Shown here piece by piece: positions 38,201 through 47,200 of a stretch of DNA of 64,000 nucleotides. The stretch lies in assembly GCF_963853765.1 (NCBI RefSeq), contig NC_088855.1, forward strand, positions 22,072,001 through 22,136,000, given 5' to 3'. The notes beneath the pieces are model-generated. The model searched no databases and was not told where the DNA came from. It saw only the letters and a list, made by a program, of their open reading frames with translations. Position numbers and translations under genes: made by a program. Position 1 is the first letter of the stretch. Each line of letters starts with the position of its first letter. The stretch is from Magallana gigas. Taxonomy: Eukaryota.

Positions 38201-41200
38201 GTATAAAACTAATAAATATTGAATTCATTGCTCTTAAATATAATTTTTTTACTCTTCATTGTAGATAAAAAGGTCATTTAACCTTTAAAATGACGTAAAA
38301 TTGTACAAAATTCAAACGTAACGTTAGGCGTATTGATACGTTTTTGACGTTAGTCTTACTATGACGTAGGCAACATTCTTTATACAATATTTAATCATTT
38401 TTTAGCCAATCAGAAAGCGCGTTACAACCAGAGTTAAATTACGCGATACTATCGAATAATGATTATTTAATTTGATCTTCCTTGAAAATGAGATTAAATG
38501 TTTCTTTTCAAAAAAGAAAGCTGTATAGAAAAGTAGTCTATGACTTCTCTCCTTGTACAACATCTCAACAACAACAAAAACAACCTAACTGTAACAAGGA
38601 CAAGAAATTCCGTAGGATTTTTTGTGCCCGGAAATATCATCCTTGGAGTGTCCTGTGACGCGTCATTGATTGTAGTTCTTTCGTTCCAGGTCCATCGACA
38701 TCTGTTCGGGGCGTTATCAAAAGTCCAGGCCAGAACTCTAACAGCGGCTTCGTGAGAAACCAAGCGTTGTTTGTCTTGATAATGTCTATCACCCCATCCA
38801 TCTGCGGCACTTGTAATAGGATCTATGAAGAAAAAAAAATGTATGGTTTTTTTTCAACTTCCATAGATTAAGCGCTTGAAATTTATTTTAATAAATTCAA
38901 TAAGATTAAAATTATAAGAGTGAATAACTTCTAAATTCTGTTAAATTTTAAGTAACTAAATAGACACACAAAAACAAGTGGATTATTAAAATCTTACCAA
39001 TTACATGTACAATAAAATATTAGTAGACTGAAGACTTTATTACATTTTGTGACGGTACACATTGACAAATTGTAAATATTATTTTCAGTGACAAAGATGA
39101 AAATACCAAAATGATAAACAATAAGAAAAGTCTTACGATTTAATTTTACCCAGACTCTGACATGAGTTGTGTTGTACGCAAAAGCCAAGCCTCCTGCATC
39201 ACTACCACAGCGTAAACAAGCAGGCATTCCTTAAAATAAATGGACAGCTGTGGGCTCAAACATAACGAGGCTGGGCGATTAACTAACAAATTATCTATCT
39301 GATCATATTAAATCGTTTATGTGGATTTTTTCATCTACAATAAACTTTCAATTATTAAGGTTAAAAACCAATGGACTATATATGATTTAGGCCAAAAATA
39401 GCTCCCTAAAATAAATATCATCATTTTACTGTAATTCTTTGTTTTCTTTGTACAGATACGTATGTGATGTTTTTACATAACAAGTGCCCCTAATTTAGAA
39501 AAATGACATCGTAAAGACAACCTTTTTCCGCCATTTTTGCAATTTAAGCATAAAACAGCTTGTTTCCAAGTAGTTTATCTTTAAAAAAAAAAAAAAAGGA
39601 GCGCATGCTTGAAAAAACAAATAAATTCAATCAGAGATGTATCTAGCCAAGACTAAAAAGTGACCAAAAATGTTCCTTGTTTAAGCATACGCTCTATATT
39701 TCCCATTCATAAAAAGATAAGAAAAATGTAAATTTTTGACTGATTTCGATTAAATTATAGAAATAGCGTCACTTTTGACGTCATATACTGCCAGTGAGTG
39801 CGAATAAATCAAATAAATAGGTGAAAAATATTTTTATATCAACCCTTCTAAAAAATAACATAATTTATTGTACCCGAAACACTTTAAAAAATGGCGAATT
39901 ATGGGGGCGAAATTTATCTCATATTATATAAAGTTACCTTTAAATTTTAAATGTTTTCCTTTATCTTTATTATAATCTTCTAGTGAATAATATTAGAATG
40001 CTATATAATAATATTTTAATACTTTTATATCATTAAATTATATTATATCAGTTCATGGTATGTTTTGTCATATTGATTTCCTGTTAAATTATATAACATC
40101 ACAGTGAGTTAATACACATGAAAGTATGCCTATGTATTGTTAAATCATAATATACTGTATATCAAAACATAAAGCATATCATTTTTATAGTATGTTTTAT
40201 TACCATTTCCTTCAGAAACCAGCCCGCGAAGTTCATCAAATCTCCCTGGAGGTTTCGCTTGTACCACTACCATATCAGGAGCTGACGTCATATTAGTAAA
40301 GGGAATTTCTAAATAGGTTATTGTTTCCATCGGTTCTGAATTTAAATAAAACCACGCTATTTGATCAGTTGGTGGTATTAGAAAGAGTCAAATGATAATT
40401 TAAACTCCATATCATAATAACTGTTATAAAGCATGTCAAAAGTCAAAAGTTATATCAGTTAAAGTATTCTGATTATTTTTAATTTTATCATGATAACTAT
40501 CTAAATAAATGTATATTTTTATACATGTATATTACTATCAAATTTTGATGATAAATTTTATCCCGCTTGCTTGTGATTGTCGCTGACGTTAATTGGTTCC
40601 CTATACTTTTTTAACACAAAAGGAAATGACGTCATATAAAAACAATGTATGCAAAATTATGGATTTCGTGACAATAGTGAGAAACATTCAATAGAAATAT
40701 CTTGGATTTTTTGGCAATAAGGTTGCAATCATATTATTCTTTATTTAAGCATAGGTTTTTTTTTTCTTTAATGAATATTTTGACGAAAGGGATTAGATAA
40801 GGCAACTCGTTTCATGTCTGACCTCGCACTGATATAACAACAGTAAGCAATGACTCTTACGATCTGTTGTTGCTGTAGACATGGTCGTCAATGTATTCAG
40901 GTTATACTGAAAACCAGAATCAAAATCTGGAGGCATGTCATTTCGTCGCCACATTTTGACTCGAACAAAGGCGTCGGTATATTCTCTTTTAATAGACTGT
41001 TCTCTATTCGATAGCGGATGATACCACCTGTCGACTGTACCTACAATGGATTAGTGTAAAATCAGAAGAATTCGTTGTTTGGTCTGAACATATTTCATCG
41101 TAATATATTACTACGGGACTGGTTACAAATTCTGTAAACTATGAAACCCTCTACCGAGAAGTCGTTTTAGTAAAGAAATTCACAAGCGCGTTTAATGTAA

Positions 41201-44200
41201 TACATAATGTAATAATGTAATAATAATGTAATACAGTTTGCAATCTTTCCGACTAACCATTCTTCTTTAACAATGGCTAACGTCGAACATTTCTGAAAAT
41301 CATCAAAATAGTCATATAAAAAATGTATTGTCTTTGCATGGTCTCAAACCTGTAATAAAACTTTGGATATTATTCCATTTGATGTTTCCGTGTTGGTATC
41401 TTTTCTTTTCACTAAAAAAAAACTTTTAAGGCACACTCTTTAACGTCCGTGTAATGACAGTCACGTGCACGTATTCATTATTGGTCGACTTTTCTCTTAT
41501 AATAGCATGGACAAAATTTCCTTTCGAAATGATGCGTATCAATTTCAATTTCATTTGTTAATACCTAATAAAAAACAGAGGCATATTACGTATATACACA
41601 TAAGTTAATTATTCTATGGTCTGATATAGGTGTTTGAGTTGTAAAGTATTTCATAATTCTCACCGGCTTTTTAATTATTAAGAGAGAATTTCGTATGTTG
41701 TAAAAAAAAATACGTTGCATCGGTAACAAATAAGTTGGAAAGTCAATAAACTGTCTGTAAATATGAAGTTTTTTCATAAGTGAAAGATCGTATTTCATTG
41801 TTTCCTTGTTCATGCTTTTTTCAAATTAAGATCTAGAGTCTCAGAATGTATTTGTATGGTAAGATTCAGTTGATGTTAAACACTGTCGAACATGTGTTTT
41901 AAAATATATAGGTTTTCTGTCTTTTGCCATAAATTTTTTTGTATTTTTAGTGGTGGTTGATTTTTCTTTTTTTTTTAACTGTTTATATTTTTGGCAGTAG
42001 TGAGTATAAACTGTTCGAAATACCTACATGTGTTCTTCAACACTGTTAACCATCAACAAAAAGTCATATATTTTGCATCAAAAGAATGTCATCAAAAGCA
42101 TGTTGATATTTTTGATATCACTATAGCATTGAATCATTATTTTTTTTTTAAGTGCATAACTGCAGCGGTGTGTGCATATAAATTGAGTAACGCGCGCTAG
42201 CGTCCGAATCAAATCATGGTTTAATGCTTATATTTACATTTTTTTAACTTCTTGCCTTGTGTGCAAACGTGATTTATACCTTAAAATTTCTATCTTATCA
42301 TAAGGATAGGTTCAAATAAATGGAAGAACCAGAATAAGAGCCGCCAGCGTGAACTTTGATTTTCACTTGTGACGTTGCAGTTTACAGTGTTCAACGTTTA
42401 TGACGTCATAATAAAACTAGTCATTTTAACCTTTGAGTACCCTGTGTGTGTTACAGTGTTATAACTGCCGTAGCTTTCAACACACTTTACAAGCAAAAAA
42501 TATGTGGAATTTAAATACATACATGTATATGGTATTTGGAATGCAGTATCTGTCTTGCAACGCAAATGAGAAAATTATAAATTCGAGCCAAAATTTTGAT
42601 TGAAAAACCTAGTTTAAGAACATATTATGTAATAATGTTTTGAATGAACATCGTAGAAATGTCAAAGAGTAAAGATTGAATAAAATGTTGGAGTAAATAA
42701 TTATGTTCATGGTACGGCTGAAATCGTTAACGTCAGATGTGACCTACAAATACATAGGTATTAATTAGGACCCGCTTGCTGTGGACACCCTGTAGTGATC
42801 AGTCTTGTCCGTCCGTCTTTACGTTCGGCTGTCCGTCCGAATCGCTTGTCCGGAGATTTCTTCTCTCTCCTTGGCCCAATCTGGCTCATACCTCACCCGC
42901 AGAGTGTCTTTGCGTAAAGGGTGTGCAGTGACCTTAAATTATGTTTCTAGATCTAAGATTAGGCCATGATGATAGAATTACAGTGACCATGAACTAAGTC
43001 AATGTATAGGTCAAAGTGCTTACCCTGGCTCAGATTCTCAGATTCAACAAAAATGCCTGTTTTTAAGGGGTAATGAGATTGAATTAGAAGTTTTATGCCA
43101 GCTGGAAAATGTCTAAGTTTTAGGTCAAGGTCAAAGCTAAATTCTATGAAATTCTTTTCATTTTATTGTCCATTATTTAAGCAGGACCCTTTGAGATGGT
43201 CACCATCTCAATAGTGTCTAGTTACGTATATGTTTTTATTACGGATTTGTATTTTGTATTATATTGCACACTTGTACATAAAGTATTTACTTGGAGCAAA
43301 CGTTGATTTTTAAAATTGAATCGCAAAATTCTCTCATAAATCCTAGCATTGAAAAAATAATTTGTTTCCGATAACCATGTATTGCTAAGGACCTAGTGAC
43401 ATTTTGCATCCGTCTTTGGTGCACTTTTTGTAAAATTTCAAATACATCATATATAGATAGATCATTGCTTAAAGAATTTATACAGTTAACAACTTTTATT
43501 ATTGATGCATTTCACCTGTAAGGTGAGAGATTTACCTTCAAAAATTAAATTCCTACGGAAAAATCTTTTTCTATAGTAAAACACATTTTCCAAAATGAAA
43601 TTTGAAATTTAAAACTGAAATAGAAAAACTTCCAAAGGCAATTTTAATTACGATAAGATTTGAGCAAAACTCCATAGGGGTTTTAAATTCAGACTGGAAA
43701 CTGTGATTTCCTGAAAGAAATATGCCCGCTGTCTGAAGGAAAACTATTATCGTTTAAAATATACCTTTCAAAAATCCCTACAGGATTTTAAAAACACCCT
43801 GAAGGAAAATTATTTCCCGTATTGAAATTATTCTTTCCAGGTGGATAGTATTCTTTAAAGGGAATTTTCTCATCTGTCAAGTGAGATTCACAAAAACAAA
43901 AGTGGTTTTGAAAATAACTCTCTATAGTCTTTCCCAATTAATTGTTTTCGTCACTTTTTGACAATTTTTAACGAAATTAAATATACATGTCACTTAAGTA
44001 CCATCAAAATCGATGAAAGGAAAAATAGATTCCTCTATTGATTTCTTTTATGACACGTCATCTGCTAATACCCGAAGAAATTCACATGATCGAAAACGAA
44101 TTACTTAGATCAATAATTAGAAATGTTGACAGTTTTTCTCCATTCGAAAGTACTTGTAACACCTCTGACAGAATTTGTAATGCTATCATCCAGGTTACTT

Positions 44201-47200
44201 TCATATCGTTTGCAATGCAAAATCCCCGTAGACTCTTTACTTTTAGCCTTGTATTGAAACCTTACAAGCTAGAGCGACGTTTCAAAGAGAAATTTTGAGA
44301 AAAAATATTATTTTATTTAATGAACATCATTTGAGCCCTGAGATATTTATGAATATTTTATAATTTAAGAAAATAGAAAAGAGTACTAGTAATGGTCTAT
44401 CATTTGGTATAAAAAAAAAATTTAAAAGCGAACATGTACTTGATGGTGTAATGCAGGTGATCTATGAGCCCTTTTACGAAAGAGCCATGTTCATAACGTA
44501 GATATTCTGATGGTCATATTTTCTACATAATGCAGCGTGTTTTAGAAAATGGATTGAACCTGACTGATAGCACAAATATCTTTACTTACACTACGGTAAT
44601 TAATAAATTCAAGTAACTTAAAAAGTTTGTCCTAACTAAGAAATCAGTTGTAAAACAAAAGTTTAAGAAAAGTGGCAGATTCGCTGGTCTTGGTTCTTTT
44701 CTCAAATTTGTCAACCTGATTACAAGGTAATAATTTGAGATATAAAGAGCAATGCAGCAAATAATAGTTCATTTTTGGGAGTTGATTTTAATCAACTCTC
44801 CTATGCAGTTACTCTGGCAAAACGAAAGTGAAACAGTGTTTGGACCTAAGCACAAATCATCACCGCTGACAAGACTAAGTTCTTGAAAATAATAGAAAAA
44901 AATAGATGTAATGTATGCTGAAACATTGTATTTCAAGGAAACTTATCTATAAACACTTTGAAAATAGTCAAATTTTATATACTACGAACAATTTAGATAT
45001 TTTTGTAGTCCCATGTATTCCTACGCCAGAGTTAATATAGTCTCGTTCAACCAGACGCTCGGCTGTCTCCGTAAATCTGCGACAAGCAGAGAGGGGGCTT
45101 TCTTGCTTGTTGGATATTAACGGAGACAGCCGAGTGTCTAGTTTAACGAGACTAGAGTTCGATATCAATAGTGCTTGGATCCATACAATTTTTAGAATTG
45201 TTTTGATAACTAATACATACTAGTAGTTGAAATCTATCTTTAAATATTACACAACATGATTCATATGGGGTTTCTTGAAATTCTTGAAGGAAAAGTCATA
45301 TTATAACTTCATATTATAAAAAAGTGCGTAATTCAAATACAAACTAGAAACTAATTGCCATGCAAGATAAATTGATTTTAAATTAAATGATAATCGATAA
45401 AATCAACTCCCGTCAGTACTTCAGTACTTTGATTTGTATATGAATGTACATGTATATTACTTTGTTAACGTAAAAGGAATGACAAAGTAGATTACATATA
45501 AACTTAAATTTTAGAGAGATCGCATTATACATTTATGAGAGTATTTTTTGTTACATAATTACGAAACCATTGAATGTATTAAAGCTTTTGCAGTAAATGA
45601 TACTCAATTTCTTTTCTTTAGCTTTAGGTTAACAAATCATCACATTCTAGAATCGCTGATCTGGTTGGCTTGACATGAATTGCAAATAATTTCTTCTCTG
45701 GATTTGATTATTGTTTTGCCTATCAGTTACAAATGGATTAAGGCGATTGTTGTTTTATAAATATATTTATTTTGTCACAATAAATTTAAATGGTCTTCAC
45801 AACAAATATTCAATCTAAAATATGATATATACCACCATTTAAAGATATTAGAGAGTATTAAGTCACATGGACGCGTTTAATTAATCAGTTAATCAGTCAA
45901 TCAATTAATTTATCAGATTTCATGTCAATGAATACATCATTCAATTAAGCCTCAGAAACAAAACAAAAAAGATTCCCTTTTAATTCGATACGGACTTACC
46001 GAGATAGACCGTTTTCCCGTCGTCTTTCTTTATATCAAGTGGATCGTTCTCAAACTTCTCGGGTAAAAAGATCAGAACACCGCTTGCATTGTAGAAATAA
46101 ATAACACCTCCATATTTTTCAGTTGCGTCATCATCTCTAGGAGACGAACCAAAGGCGTTGAATATGTAATAGTCATCGCCATCTTCAACCTTGACCTCCA
46201 CAATGACCTTGACCGGTAAATGGGTCTCAGTTGCGTTCTCTACATCCGTGAAGGGCACGTAAAACTCGACCTTGTGATCATCTTGTGCCTTTGCTGTTAT
46301 CCATGTACTTAAGAATGAAGGTTCATACACTGTCGTTCCATATCCAAACCCTGCTAAGTGAAAGAACTTTGGAATTTGAATTGGTCATAAATGTCACTCA
46401 AATCTATCCCTTAAAAGAAGTTTTTGACATAATGATAAATTAACATTCATATACACATGTATATGCATTTAAGGTTGTTCACAAGATATATAAATTTTCC
46501 TTAAATTCAAATTTTCTGAAACTCTTCCATTTTGATTAATGTAATGATATCTGTAAATGTCTAAAAAAAAAAAAAAAAAAAAAAAGGTAACCAACTTCGC
46601 CTTATTTTCTATACACGAATTTTAACTTACCATTCTAATCTTCTTTCAGGGGAGTGTTAATTGAAATAGACATTGTCAGAATTTGCATCTCCAGAAGGTT
46701 GCTTTTTCAGATATAACAAATATTTGTGCTGCTATTTATAAAGAAGACACCTATTTGATAGTGAGCTGTACTGAAATATATTCAAGCTGGTAAAACAGTA
46801 AACTCTGATAAAATATTAAGTAAAAAGGTGCATGTAATTACATATACCTTTTATCTAAAACAAAAATTGCAACGTTAAAGATCTCCGAAAATAAATAGCA
46901 TAATTTAAATGCAACGAAATTTAACAGATAATGAACATTTATCCATGAGTATTTTAATTGATTTGGGTTTTAAAATGTTTGTCATGGGTGAAAATTTGAG
47001 TTGAAAAATGTTTGATAAAACTACATACAGTGTAATAATGTTTGGTGTTTGACCTTTATATATGACCTTTGAAATTCGATTTGCATATACTTTTAACACT
47101 AGTGATGGCAATATTTAAATAATTAAAGCCCGGGTCTTTACTGTAATAGAAACCCGAGCCAATGATAGAAAGTTGGCTAATTTGCACAACAATCGAATAA

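Noticed and set aside
46631-46680. Strong donor (AATG|gtaagt) just upstream of gene A exon 2 as the start exon
   Set aside because: An in-frame TAG precedes the donor in the required phase, and the exon at 49819-49870 is the clear homolog of gene B exon 1.
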